64,000 nt of DNA from Kofleriaceae bacterium. Its GTDB lineage: Bacteria > Myxococcota_A > Polyangia > Haliangiales > Haliangiaceae. Below the pieces are notes generated by a model. It had not been told where the DNA came from and did no database searches. It worked only from the letters and a program-made list of their open reading frames with translations. Position 1 is the first letter of the stretch. The number at the start of each line of letters is the position of its first letter. The stretch covers positions 96,001 through 160,000 of the forward strand of contig CBDCCZ010000054.1 in the NCBI GenBank assembly GCA_965215005.1, given 5' to 3'. Positions 18,426 to 27,882 of the stretch are shown one piece after another. The position numbers were made by a program, and so were the translations under genes.

Positions 18426-19526
18426 TTATTGCTCTGCTGGGCACGTAGCCAAGGGCTGAGAATCTGGCTTCGCTGGTTTGGCCTGGTAGGAGTACGATAC
18501 GCTGCGTTCATTGCCGGCGAGTGGACGCGTGAGCACCACCACCGAGCAGCCGCCGGGGGGAACGGTCAGGGTTTTGGAGCCTATCAGCTTGGCCGAGGCT
18601 ATCGGCTTCACGACGGGAAGCGCCCGACCGTCTAACATCGCCTGTGCGACCTGCGTAGCGTCCTCTTCGCAGACCACCTGCAGCTGGATGCCGCCGCTGG
18701 TTTTCATATTAGCGACGACCTCGAGCGGTTGCTTGCGATCGTGCGGTCCGCTCAGCAACACGCCATCGCGGTGCAGCGTTGCTTCTACTGCCGGGCCCTC
18801 GCTTGGCTTGCCGACCATCTCGCCAGCAGGCGGATGCCCAAACCCGGTGGCGAGCTCGCCGGTGCAAAGGTCGAGCGTCACCGCGTAACCCTTCGCGAAC
18901 CGCTTCTCGAACTTCTCGCGTCCTTCGCTCTCGAGTTTTTGGTCCGCTTTCTCGTCGGGCGAGGTCGCGAACAGCGATGCCGCACCAGCGACCACCGTTG
19001 CCCATAGACCCTCCTTATCCACGGCCACGTCACCGATGGATTGAAACGAGACCTCGGGCGCTCCCTCGGGAGTGAACCACAGCGTCGCGATATGGGAATC
19101 GGGCGCATACGCGATGTCCATGGTGCCGCGGACTGTCACAGTGACTGCGAAGCGGCCGTATTGTGAGACCTCGAAATCAGCGCCGACCTTCTCCGGGGAG
19201 CGTTGCAGCCATCGCCAGCCTTTCCCAGAGAGCTGAAGGGTCATGTCCTTGCCGTCTTGCGTCGCGGTGCAGCCATCGAGCCATAACGTTCCCGTGGTCC
19301 CGGCCTCAGGGCCTCCCGAGAGGCCCCGGAAGGTCCCCTGCGCGCGCTCGCACGCCTTGAGCGCGGCGATCTCAGCGAGCATCACCCGCAGGTTGTCGGC
19401 CTCGGCGGCGGTGCGCTGCGGAGGAGGCGGAGGCTGGGGCGGGGCCGGCTGCTGGGACTGGCTCGAGCCACCGCAGCTGATGCATAAGGCGGCGAAGGAG
19501 CATAAGGTGCGTCGCGTGATAGCCAT
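18426..19526 (-). CDS. Hypothetical lipoprotein
   Basis: MAITRRTLCSFAALCISC signal; Pro-rich linker; long ORF. Confidence 0.7.
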   Translation of the reverse strand: MAITRRTLCSFAALCISCGGSSQSQQPAPPQPPPPPQRTAAEADNLRVMLAEIAALKACERAQGTFRGLSGGPEAGTTGTLWLDGCTATQDGKDMTLQLSGKGWRWLQRSPEKVGADFEVSQYGRFAVTVTVRGTMDIAYAPDSHIATLWFTPEGAPEVSFQSIGDVAVDKEGLWATVVAGAASLFATSPDEKADQKLESEGREKFEKRFAKGYAVTLDLCTGELATGFGHPPAGEMVGKPSEGPAVEATLHRDGVLLSGPHDRKQPLEVVANMKTSGGIQLQVVCEEDATQVAQAMLDGRALPVVKPIASAKLIGSKTLTVPPGGCSVVVLTRPLAGNERSVSYSYQAKPAKPDSQPLATCPAEQ

Positions 19527-19580
19527 GGGGCGCGGACAGGCAAGACTGGTGCCGCGATGGGCGCTCGCCACGGCGAGAAC

Positions 19581-19934
19581 CTAGCGCCACGCGGGCGGCA
19601 GCAGCGCCGCGATTCCCCGCGTCTCGGCGATGAAGTAGACGACGTAGAGCGAGCCGTAGGCGAGGATGTAAAAGATGCCAACACCGGCAGCGCCACCGCC
19701 GCGTCGGGTGCTCCGGCGAAGCCGTGCGAGGAGACGGCCGAGCCACGGTGCAAGCTTGGTAGCCGCCAATGCGAAGCCCACCCCGTAAAGGAACAGCATG
19801 AGCGCGGTGCGGAGATACGGGTTTGGTAGCCGCTGCCGAGCTTCATACGCGATGAGCTCTTCGACGATTACCACCGTCAACAGCACCAAGGGCAGAAGGA
19901 GCGCGGAGCGGCGGCCGAGCCGGAGCGAGTTCAT
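19581..19934 (-). CDS. Small membrane protein (3 TM)
   Basis: Hydrophobic segments; co-oriented with neighbours. Confidence 0.6.
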   Translation of the reverse strand: MNSLRLGRRSALLLPLVLLTVVIVEELIAYEARQRLPNPYLRTALMLFLYGVGFALAATKLAPWLGRLLARLRRSTRRGGGAAGVGIFYILAYGSLYVVYFIAETRGIAALLPPAWR

Positions 19935-19966
19935 GCGCCGGTGGTAGCAGAAAGAACAGCGGCGTA

Positions 19967-20365
19967 TCAGTTGAGAGCGCGAGCTGCAGGCACAGAAGAA
20001 CGATTCCCGAGGACGCCGCCGATGACAGCGCCGAGGAACAAGCCGACGTCGGCAAGCAAGATCAGAATTCCCACGGCGAAACCGGCTACGATGCCCAAGA
20101 GCGGCAGGTCGAGGGCAATGAGTAGCAGCCAGAGTCCGGCAGCCACGATGATCGCCGGTAAGATGGCGGCGATCAAAGCGCTGCGCACCGAACCGACCTT
20201 GTAACCGCCAACCGCGCCTGCGATGAGTCCGTTGATGGCAGGAAGCCAGAATAAGAGAAGGCTGATCACCACCATCCAGATCGCGCCAACAATCACGGAC
20301 GATGATCCATTGCCGCGCTGAACGGTGTGACTTGACCGTTGCTCGAGCTCGCTACGATGCGTCAT
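19967..20365 (-). CDS. Small Gly-rich membrane protein (about 4 TM)
   Basis: LLFWLPAINGLIAGAVGGYK; several hydrophobic GxxxG helices. Confidence 0.7.
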   Translation of the reverse strand: MTHRSELEQRSSHTVQRGNGSSSVIVGAIWMVVISLLLFWLPAINGLIAGAVGGYKVGSVRSALIAAILPAIIVAAGLWLLLIALDLPLLGIVAGFAVGILILLADVGLFLGAVIGGVLGNRSSVPAARALN

Positions 20366-20377
20366 AGCGCAGTCCGC

Positions 20378-20393
20378 TGCAGCACCTATGCCA
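20378..20393 (-). promoter_or_regulatory. Putative sigma54 promoter for the 20365-18426 gene run
   Basis: Minus strand TGGCATaggtgCTGCA (GG-N10-GC). Confidence 0.5.
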
Positions 20394-20513
20394 CGAGTGG
20401 CGTGCGGGTGAGGTGCTCAACACAGCAGAAACGCTGCCGCTGCCGACCTTCCTAGTAGAGGTCGTGAGCGTCGCGCGGTATGCGCTGGTGCGCGAAAACG
20501 GAGTTACGCCGCG

Positions 20514-20741
20514 TTACGCCGCGCGTGGCAACGTTGCTGGCGACCAGCAATCGGCTCGGCGTAGCCAATCCTCCAGCTCCTGGTGGCTGGCTCGCCGCGC
20601 CACCAACTCATCGAGCTCGGTTAGCACGGTGCGCAGCCAGGCGCGTTCAGCGCGGGCGCGGGGTCGGCTGTTGCCGCTCAGCTCAGCAAGGCGAGCGCTC
20701 AAGCTTACGGCGGTGTATTCGAGTCGCTTGGGAAGAGTCAT
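20514..20741 (-). CDS. Small hypothetical helical protein
   Basis: ORF MTLPKRLEY...LRTVLTELDEL...PRAA preceded by ggag; no family recognised. Confidence 0.35.
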   Translation of the reverse strand: MTLPKRLEYTAVSLSARLAELSGNSRPRARAERAWLRTVLTELDELVARRASHQELEDWLRRADCWSPATLPRAA

Positions 20742-20939
20742 CTCCGGACATGGAAACTGCACGCATCATACCCAAGTCGCGAGCGCGTGTAGTAGCCACG
20801 AACCAAGCGTCTATGATTGCGCAGTTGTAAAGATCTTCAATGCTTGCAAGTAGTGGCCGCATGGTTGGCAACGGGAGAATGCCAATGCAGCTGCGTACAA
20901 GATGTGGCAGGTCGCGTCGCCAGTCTCGCGGGTGAGGTG

Positions 20940-23801
20940 TCATTGCTCCTCATCGCTGGGCGCGCCTTTGATCACCAATCTGTCGGGATTATCGAAGCAG
21001 TACCGCTCGTTTACGTGCACGAGCACCTCGCTTAGCCCCTCACGACGCAAGGTGCTAATGGCGTTTTGCACCCGGTGCAGCGCCGACTGCCGGTGGATGC
21101 GCTCGCCGGGCCACCCGGCGGCGAATAGCTCGTCGACGCTGGCGCCTTCGGCCGAACCTCGCTGATACGCGGCGACGAGCCCGCATAGGACCCCGCACAG
21201 GGTCCGGCGACGGTGCAGCTCGACCAGCCGCCCGCCACTGCGAAACCAGCGTCCGTCGGCTGCGACTTCAATGGTGGCCTGGCCGGTGAGGTGGTCACGG
21301 CGGGTCGCGACCAGCTGTGCGGCTCGTTGCGCGGCCCGAGCCAAGGTCGAAGGTGGCAGCTCGGCGTCCCATTGCCGGTCTTCGAGGGCTGCTGCAATCA
21401 CGGCGATGCAGGAGGGGAGCGCCAGATCAGGGGACGTCGTCGCCACCTCGCGCGCTTGCATGAGTGTGGAGAGGGCGGCGCGGTGGTCGCGATGAACGAG
21501 TGCCGCCGCAAGAAACGTTCGCGCTACGGCTAACTGTCGCGCATCACGAACCCGACCACAGAGCTGTTCTGCGCGGCGCAAGCCGTCGATGGCGCTCTCT
21601 AGGTCGCCATCGAGCAGTGCCGCCACCCCAAATGAGAGTTGCGCCAAGCCTTTGCTGCGCAGGTTCTGAATGCCAGCGCTCACCTCGATCGCACGCAGAG
21701 CCCGGCGTCGAGCGAGCTCGAGCTCGCCGCGATCGATGGCGACCCACGCCAGGCTCACCAGCGGGTACGGCTCGAACTCGCGGATCTCGATCTGCTCGTT
21801 GATTCGCAGCGCCGACTCGAGCAGCGCTTCGGCCTCGTCATGGTTGCCGCGGTCGAGCTCGAGCTCGCCGCGATTGAGTGACACGATGGCCTCGGTGCGC
21901 GGATCCGCCTCGCGACGCAGTAGCTGCAACGCCCGGCGAAAATCGGCGTCTGCGAGGGTCAGCTCACCGAGTTCGTGCTCGGCCAGTGCGATGTTGCCGA
22001 GCACGCGGCCAACGTTCCAATCATCATCGAGCGTGTCGAAAACCACCATCGCGTGGCGCCAGACCTCGAGCGCCTCGGCAAGGCGGCCTTGGCGATAGAT
22101 CAGGTTGGCGCGATCGTTGAGGACGCCAGCTTCGCCAAAGCGATCGCCGATTTGCCGGTACAAGTCGATCGATTGCAGCAGGCATGCGTCGGCTTCGAGC
22201 TCGCCACGCTCGCCGTGCACCCATCCCAGCGTCATCAGGATATCGGCACGAGTCGCAGTTCCTTCGCGCCCGTCAGCCAGCGCCAGCGCGCGGCGAAGGT
22301 ACTGCTCGGTCGCGTCGACGTCGCCGCGGTTCGAGGCGATGCGGCCTCGCGCGCACAGCAGCTGAGCACGCAGCAGCGGCGGAGCCTCGGCGGGTAATCC
22401 TGCGAGCGCATCGTCGAGTAGTTGGGTATGCCAGCTGGTCGCGCTGGTACGGGCAAGGAGCGGATCGAGAACGATGACGGCGCGGGCGGCGCAGAGGGGC
22501 AGGTGAGGCCGACGCGTGATTGCCAACAGGTTGGCGCGCTCGAGCACCAACGCGCTCAGGTCGACGGAGCGGCGTGAGATGGTGTTTTCCAGCAATCCGA
22601 GGAAGTAATTGGCGTGGCGGGCTGCCACCACTGCCAGCTCGTGCTCGTCGATCCGAGCGCCCGCGTAGTCGCGCACGACGTGGTAGAGATCGAAGCGCAG
22701 CTGCACGACCCCGGGGGGATGGAAGGCGCGGAGAAGCGAGCGACCGCGAAGTCGTTCAATCACCTCGACGACCGCGGCCTCGCCCAGCTCGAGCACTGCC
22801 TCGGCCGCAGCGAGCGTGAAGCCGCCGCGAAACACGGCGCATTGCCGCAGCGCGTTTTGCTCGACCTCATCGAGGAGCTGCCACGACCACGTCAGCGCAG
22901 CCGAGAGACTGGCGTGTCGCGGTGAGCCATCGCGCACCTTGCGTTGCAGTTGCGTGCTCGAGCCGAGCCGAACGAGCACCTCGCGAGGAGTCATCACCGA
23001 GGCCCGGGCCGCGGCGAGCTCAATGGCCAGCGGGATTCCATCGAGACGCTGGACTAGCTCGCGCACGTGCTCACGCTCGCCGGCGATGAGCTCACGCGGC
23101 GCACCGGCGGTGATCGCGCGTTCTTCGAACAGCGCCATCGCGTCCTCTTCGGGCAGCGGCGCAACCTCGATCGCATGCTCGCGGGCGAGACCCAGACGCT
23201 GCTGCGAAGTGACGAGAAAGCGCGACTCGACCGCACGGTCGAGCCAAGCGCCTACGGTCTCGACGGCCAGATGCGTGAGCTGCTCGAAGTTATCGAGAAC
23301 GACGAGTCGCGGATCGCCAGCGGCCAACGCCGCGGTTACCGCATCCCGCCGGGGGCGACCTCTTGGATCGACTCCCAAGGCCGCCGCGAGGATGGTGGCG
23401 ACTTCATCGACGGCCGACGCCTCGGCGAGCTCGCACAGCACCGCGTCGTCGACACGAGTTTCGATGTAGGTGGTTGCTAAGCGCGTCTTGCCGATTCCAG
23501 GAGGCCCCCAGAGCGTGACGAGGCGCGCACCAGCGGCAAACGCCTCGTCGATGCGGTCAAGCAGGCCGCTGCGGCCGATGCACCCGCTCACTTGAGGACT
23601 CGCCGAGGTGGCGAAGTCCTCCCGTTGTACGCCGCCGCCCAGCAGCCGCAAGACGTCCTGGCGGTCGTATAGGCGGTAGTTGTTGACCGGGTGACGGCGC
23701 GCGCGAAGCTTGCCGCTGGCATCCCAGCGACGGAGGGTGCGGACGCTGACGCCGAGCAGCTTGGCGGCTTCGTGGACGGTGAGTGAGCCTTCGGACTCCA
23801 T
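20940..23801 (-). CDS. STAND-type ATPase regulator: MerR/Xis-like HTH, NTPase, TPRs, C-terminal winged helix
   Basis: LTVHEAAKLLGVSVRTLRRWD...RHPVNNYRLY; GPPGIGKT; LVVLDNFE; LDGIPLAIELAAAR; TPRs; ELFAAGWPGE...AISTLRREGL. Confidence 0.88.
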   Translation of the reverse strand: MESEGSLTVHEAAKLLGVSVRTLRRWDASGKLRARRHPVNNYRLYDRQDVLRLLGGGVQREDFATSASPQVSGCIGRSGLLDRIDEAFAAGARLVTLWGPPGIGKTRLATTYIETRVDDAVLCELAEASAVDEVATILAAALGVDPRGRPRRDAVTAALAAGDPRLVVLDNFEQLTHLAVETVGAWLDRAVESRFLVTSQQRLGLAREHAIEVAPLPEEDAMALFEERAITAGAPRELIAGEREHVRELVQRLDGIPLAIELAAARASVMTPREVLVRLGSSTQLQRKVRDGSPRHASLSAALTWSWQLLDEVEQNALRQCAVFRGGFTLAAAEAVLELGEAAVVEVIERLRGRSLLRAFHPPGVVQLRFDLYHVVRDYAGARIDEHELAVVAARHANYFLGLLENTISRRSVDLSALVLERANLLAITRRPHLPLCAARAVIVLDPLLARTSATSWHTQLLDDALAGLPAEAPPLLRAQLLCARGRIASNRGDVDATEQYLRRALALADGREGTATRADILMTLGWVHGERGELEADACLLQSIDLYRQIGDRFGEAGVLNDRANLIYRQGRLAEALEVWRHAMVVFDTLDDDWNVGRVLGNIALAEHELGELTLADADFRRALQLLRREADPRTEAIVSLNRGELELDRGNHDEAEALLESALRINEQIEIREFEPYPLVSLAWVAIDRGELELARRRALRAIEVSAGIQNLRSKGLAQLSFGVAALLDGDLESAIDGLRRAEQLCGRVRDARQLAVARTFLAAALVHRDHRAALSTLMQAREVATTSPDLALPSCIAVIAAALEDRQWDAELPPSTLARAAQRAAQLVATRRDHLTGQATIEVAADGRWFRSGGRLVELHRRRTLCGVLCGLVAAYQRGSAEGASVDELFAAGWPGERIHRQSALHRVQNAISTLRREGLSEVLVHVNERYCFDNPDRLVIKGAPSDEEQ

Positions 23802-24266
23802 TCGACAGCTCGTGGGAGGGTCCCATCGTAGCAGCGAACGGCTGGGGGTCACCGGCTCAAGTTCAGTGGTTTCGGGATGTTGAGGCTAGTACAGATCGGG
23901 GAATTGCGCGGTCATAGCAGGCACTCCTTGTGTGACTGGCAGAATTGCCTCCCAGTCCTCACACGCGCCTCCAATTCCCCTCAAAGTCGTAAAGCTCGTA
24001 CTTTCATGCAGTTATGGGCGGCTTAAGTCGGCGGACGATCGCCGTGTCCAAGGTTGTCCGTACCGGCCAGCGAGCTATGGACCCGGCCGCCCCCGCTAGG
24101 TCTTGCCGCTTCACGGCTGTCTTTTCCGGCCTGAGGAGCTTCAAATGACCGCTTGGTTTGATGATTCTGTATTCTAGATTGCAGGTTTGGCGTTGGTGTG
24201 AGGGTGTCGAGAAGACGGCGACCGAAGTTGCTTGCGCCCGCACTCGCGGCGCCATAGAAGGCGCAC

Positions 24267-24890
24267 ATGAAGCTTTCTCTCTTTTTCTCAACCGTAATGG
24301 CTTTCGCAATTGCTGGCGCTGCTGTTCCGGCACACGCTACCGTGGACGCACTGATTGACTATACGGTGGCTTATCAGCACACGCAGACCGACGACGTCTG
24401 CCTGGCCACACACCGCACCCTTGCCTCGCTCGGCGTCCCGGCCGCGGCTCAGGCCGAAGCATCCTTGGCGCCAGCGTTGGTGTATCGCAGCGGCGACGTG
24501 CCGGCTCAGGTCAATATCAACCTGTTGGCAACGCAGCCGGCCATGGTGGCCGGTTATGTCTTCGATTCGATCACTGACAGCGGCGTCTGGGAGTACTCGA
24601 TGACCTTGGACGTGCGGGCGCTGGCCGCAGCGAACGGCTCCACGGTCGCTGGTCGCAAGGCGACGGTGGACGCCGCAAAGCTGCTGGTCGTGGTGATGAC
24701 GGAGAACATGCAGCTGTTCGCGCCGGGCTCGTGGCGCTTGTCGGTCCAGATTCTCGGCCTGCCGAGCCAGTCGGGACTCAGCGGCACGTACCTCTATCCC
24801 ACGACGCGTTGGCCATACACTGCTTCGAGCAGCTTGGTCGCGAGCTATCGCAGCGAGCTCATCAACGTCGAGGGCACCTGCCCGATGTAA
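24267..24890 (+). CDS. Secreted hypothetical protein
   Basis: GAAGG RBS; signal peptide ending AHA; no family recognised. Confidence 0.7.
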   Translation: MKLSLFFSTVMAFAIAGAAVPAHATVDALIDYTVAYQHTQTDDVCLATHRTLASLGVPAAAQAEASLAPALVYRSGDVPAQVNINLLATQPAMVAGYVFDSITDSGVWEYSMTLDVRALAAANGSTVAGRKATVDAAKLLVVVMTENMQLFAPGSWRLSVQILGLPSQSGLSGTYLYPTTRWPYTASSSLVASYRSELINVEGTCPM

Positions 24891-24903
24891 TCGCAGTGTC
24901 ACC

Positions 24904-24929
24904 GCCCCCCGGTTACGTGAACGGGGGGC
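24904..24929 (+). terminator. Hairpin after the secreted protein
   Basis: gccccccg...cggggggc. Confidence 0.45.
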
Positions 24930-25071
24930 ACGGCTCGTGCCTTCGGCCGCTGAGCTTGCACATCGAAGTTTGGGGAGGACGTGGAAGCCTTGTGTAACGA
25001 TGGCCGTCCTTCAGGGGGATAGCGAAGACGCGCGAGCAGCGATCGCAGGCGCTGTGATACGTAGAGAACCG

Positions 25072-25848
25072 ATGGTGGGGAACGCAGTTCGCGGCGGCCG
25101 AGACGTGCTCCGAGGGGCGAAGTTTCTCGTCGCACGTCCGCGTCTTTGGCCGCTGATCGCGGCGCCAGCGGGGCTCTCGCTGGTGTTATTGATCGCGGTG
25201 GGCGTGCTGGGATTCTGGTTGCTCGATCCCGCTATCGACACTCTCGTCGAGTGGTTACCTGCGGCTTTGGAGCGCTGGGCCGGAGGAGCATTGCGAATTC
25301 TCGCGACGGTAGCCTTCCTGCTGAGCGGCTTCGTCGTGTTCTTGTCGCTGGCTGTGCTGGTCGCGGCGCCGTTCAACGAGATGTTATCTGCAGCAGTGGA
25401 GCGGGAGCTCACCGGCACCGAGGACCCTCCCTTTCGTCTGCTCGACTTCATCCGAGACGCGCTGCAGGGGCTGGGACATGGGGTGCGACGAGTGAGCGCC
25501 TACGTTCCACTCGCCGCTGGTTTGCTCATCGTTGCCGTGGCAGTCCCTGTCGTCGGCACCGTCATCTCAATGATCGGCGGCGCAATCGTCTCGTCGAGAT
25601 TCGCAGCCTATGATGCTTACGACGCCGTCTTCGCCCGAAAATCGTGGACGTACCGTCAAAAGACTGGCTTCTTATCCCGCCATCGCGTCCGCAGCTATGC
25701 GCTCGGTGCGCTCACCGCCGCGCTGATGATGCTTCCGGTGCTGAATCTGCTCGCGCTCTCAGTGGCGGCGACGGCGGCGACGCTAGCGTTTCTCGAGCTT
25801 GGCTCGGCCTCGACCTTGAGGACGACGGTTAGCGACGAAGCGCGCTGA
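25072..25848 (+). CDS. EI24/CysZ-family membrane protein
   Basis: GAKFL..PRLWPL..P, AAPFNEMLS..VE, P.LNL; alternative start 25000. Confidence 0.8.
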   Translation: MVGNAVRGGRDVLRGAKFLVARPRLWPLIAAPAGLSLVLLIAVGVLGFWLLDPAIDTLVEWLPAALERWAGGALRILATVAFLLSGFVVFLSLAVLVAAPFNEMLSAAVERELTGTEDPPFRLLDFIRDALQGLGHGVRRVSAYVPLAAGLLIVAVAVPVVGTVISMIGGAIVSSRFAAYDAYDAVFARKSWTYRQKTGFLSRHRVRSYALGALTAALMMLPVLNLLALSVAATAATLAFLELGSASTLRTTVSDEAR

Positions 25849-26401
25849 TGAGCTGGTCTTTGTTCATGTTGGAGCGACCAGAGATATCCAGCTGTTGCGC
25901 GGCGTCATAAAGCTCTTCCACCGTCATATCGTCATAGTCGTCCCCGAGAAGCGCGTTGAGCTGCTCGGCTTTGGCCTCCAGATATTCCGTACGAATCTGC
26001 TGCGCCTCTTCGTCCGCCAGGTGCTGTTTAGCCTCCGGGAAGAGCTCGTTCTCTTCGTCGCTCACGTGGTGCTCGATGCACTCCTCGAGCTCGGAAAGTA
26101 CGCTGAGCCAATCTTTGGAGTCCTCCTCCATCTCCGTGAGTTGCTCGAGATAATCCTCGATCTCGCGGTGCTCGCGCAGATCGTCTTTGACCTCGTCGCG
26201 AGCGTCTTTGCTGAGCTCGCGAAAGCGGGTGTAAACCACCGCTTGCTCGGCTTCGGAGTGAGCCGTGAGCATGACTTTCAGCTTCTGGAAGAGTTCTGCT
26301 CGACCCGGAGAGCTGTCGGCTTTTGCCTTTTTAGTCTGCGCGAGGAGGTCTGAGACCTGTCGATGTTCTTCGGTGAGCTGTTCGTAGATTGTCTTGGCCA
26401 T
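25829..26401 (-). CDS. Hemerythrin (HHE) domain protein with C-terminal Rho-N-like domain
   Basis: EH, HSEAEQ, EH, HHVSDEENELFP; MTVEELYDAAQQLDISGRSNMNKDQLISAL. Confidence 0.88.
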   Translation of the reverse strand: MAKTIYEQLTEEHRQVSDLLAQTKKAKADSSPGRAELFQKLKVMLTAHSEAEQAVVYTRFRELSKDARDEVKDDLREHREIEDYLEQLTEMEEDSKDWLSVLSELEECIEHHVSDEENELFPEAKQHLADEEAQQIRTEYLEAKAEQLNALLGDDYDDMTVEELYDAAQQLDISGRSNMNKDQLISALRR

Positions 26402-26535
26402 GTCCCTCGCGGATTGCAAAGCTCGTTCCCTCTGTAGGCAGCGCAATGCAGCGCGAGACCGCGTCTGTAGTGGCAATCGGCTGCGGTGTGCCGAGCTGCT
26501 ACGCCATTGGGCCTGGCGATAGTTTTGCGGAGCTT

Positions 26536-26642
26536 GAGCCGCAGGCATTGAGGGCTGCGGCTCGAGCCTCGACTGAGGGCTGCTCGTCGAGCCGCGGGCA
26601 CTAAGGGCTCGTCCGAGCCTCGGCGGAGGGCCTCAGGCTCGA
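26536..26642. repeat. Degenerate tandem duplication (about 53-bp unit) of gagcc...agggct palindromic motifs
   Basis: gagccgcaggcattgagggct..gagcctcgactgagggct repeated as gagccgcgggcactaagggct..gagcctcggcggagggcct. Confidence 0.5.
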
Positions 26643-26949
26643 CAGATCGACGGATGAATGAATCTCGATGCCATTCAACCCTCAAGGTTGTCGAGCGAGA
26701 GCTGAGGCCTGAGCTCGTCCGGCTGAGCCAGGACAGAGGTCGGCGCTTGAATCGGTGCGTGTGGGTTTTGCCTCTGTTCGTGGGTTGTGGACCGGGTTTG
26801 ACGGGAGGATGCCGATGTTCGGGATGTCTACGGCCCGGACCGAAGGGGAAGACGTTCGGGGGCGGCTCGAGCGTCCACGGTTGAATGATGAGCCAACGGC
26901 GATGTCGTTCAATCCTAGTGCTAGGAGGCAGCGTGGAGCTTGCAACGGG

Positions 26950-26980
26950 TTGACTGGTGAATGAATCCATATATTGTTCA
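26950..26980 (+). promoter_or_regulatory. Sigma70-like promoter and 23-bp operator of tetR
   Basis: TTGACT-N16-TATTGT; operator tgaatgaatccatatattgttca at 26958-26980. Confidence 0.65.
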
Positions 26981-27006
26981 GCGCTCACGACCGTCTGGAG
27001 CGGGTG

Positions 27007-27597
27007 ATGTCTTCCACTGCTGAACAGCGCCGCGAGCAGATTCTCAGCGCCGCCGAGCGCCTTTTCCGCCACTATGGATTCGCTAAGACGACCGTGGCAG
27101 ACATTGCTCGTCGGGCGGGCATCGGGGTCGGCACCGTTTACCTCGACTTCTCCTCCAAGGAAGGCATTGCCGCGGCACTGTCGGTGCGAAGTCATCGGCA
27201 GGTTCTTCTCGCGATGAGTCAAGCTTCATCCGCCGACGCCAGCTGGGCTAGTCGCCTCCAGGAGGTGTTCGCGGCTCGAACGCTCGGCCTGCGGCAATTC
27301 GCCGAGGCGGGAGCGCACGGCTATGATCTAGTCCACTGTGGCTGCGCAGCGGCCGAAGAGGCGTACCGCGACTATCGCACCGCGGAAGAAGCATTCCTCA
27401 CTGATTTCCTGGCGTCCGCAATCGCCGCGAAAGCCTTCCGCGACGACGATCCCGCGCGCCTCGCGCGCCTGTTGCTCCGCATCCATGATTGTTTCTCGCC
27501 TGAGCTAAACGATGGCCCAACTGCAGAGCTGGAGCGAGATCTCGACCAGCTCCATTCGCTGCTCATGCACGGCCTCGAGCCCCGCCGAGGCGGGTAA
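27007..27597 (+). CDS. TetR/AcrR-family regulator
   Basis: RREQILSAAERLFRHYGFAKTTVADIARRAGIGVGTVYLDFSSKE; GGAG RBS. Confidence 0.93.
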   Translation: MSSTAEQRREQILSAAERLFRHYGFAKTTVADIARRAGIGVGTVYLDFSSKEGIAAALSVRSHRQVLLAMSQASSADASWASRLQEVFAARTLGLRQFAEAGAHGYDLVHCGCAAAEEAYRDYRTAEEAFLTDFLASAIAAKAFRDDDPARLARLLLRIHDCFSPELNDGPTAELERDLDQLHSLLMHGLEPRRGG

Positions 27598-27847
27598 CAC
27601 CGCGCATCAGTCGGCACGTCGGAGCGTCGGCGTCGCGTGTGCTCAATGCAATGCTCGCGGCGCGGTAATGGCGGGCGCCACGTCTTGAGCTGTGGTGAGT
27701 ATGCCGGAGTCGTGAGGTGTTCGCGGCGCGCAAAGGTGAGCGCCTCGAAGACGAGCAGCCGGGAGTCCCCGCCCGTGCTTGTCCCGGCTGCTGTTAGACC
27801 TTCGCGAAGGGGCACCGGGATGCTCGGCAGCTGGTAATACGGATGGG

Positions 27848-27882
27848 TTGACTGAGCGATGAACGAATTTAGATTTTGTTCA
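27848..27882 (+). promoter_or_regulatory. Sigma70-like promoter and 23-bp operator of lon
   Basis: TTGACT-N16-TAGATT; operator tgaacgaatttagattttgttca at 27860-27882, 18/23 identical to the tetR site. Confidence 0.65.

Noticed and set aside
23690..23801. Excisionase/IS607-like HTH suggesting a mobile element
   Set aside because: Fused to a STAND regulator; no recombinase or transposase domain and no att sites
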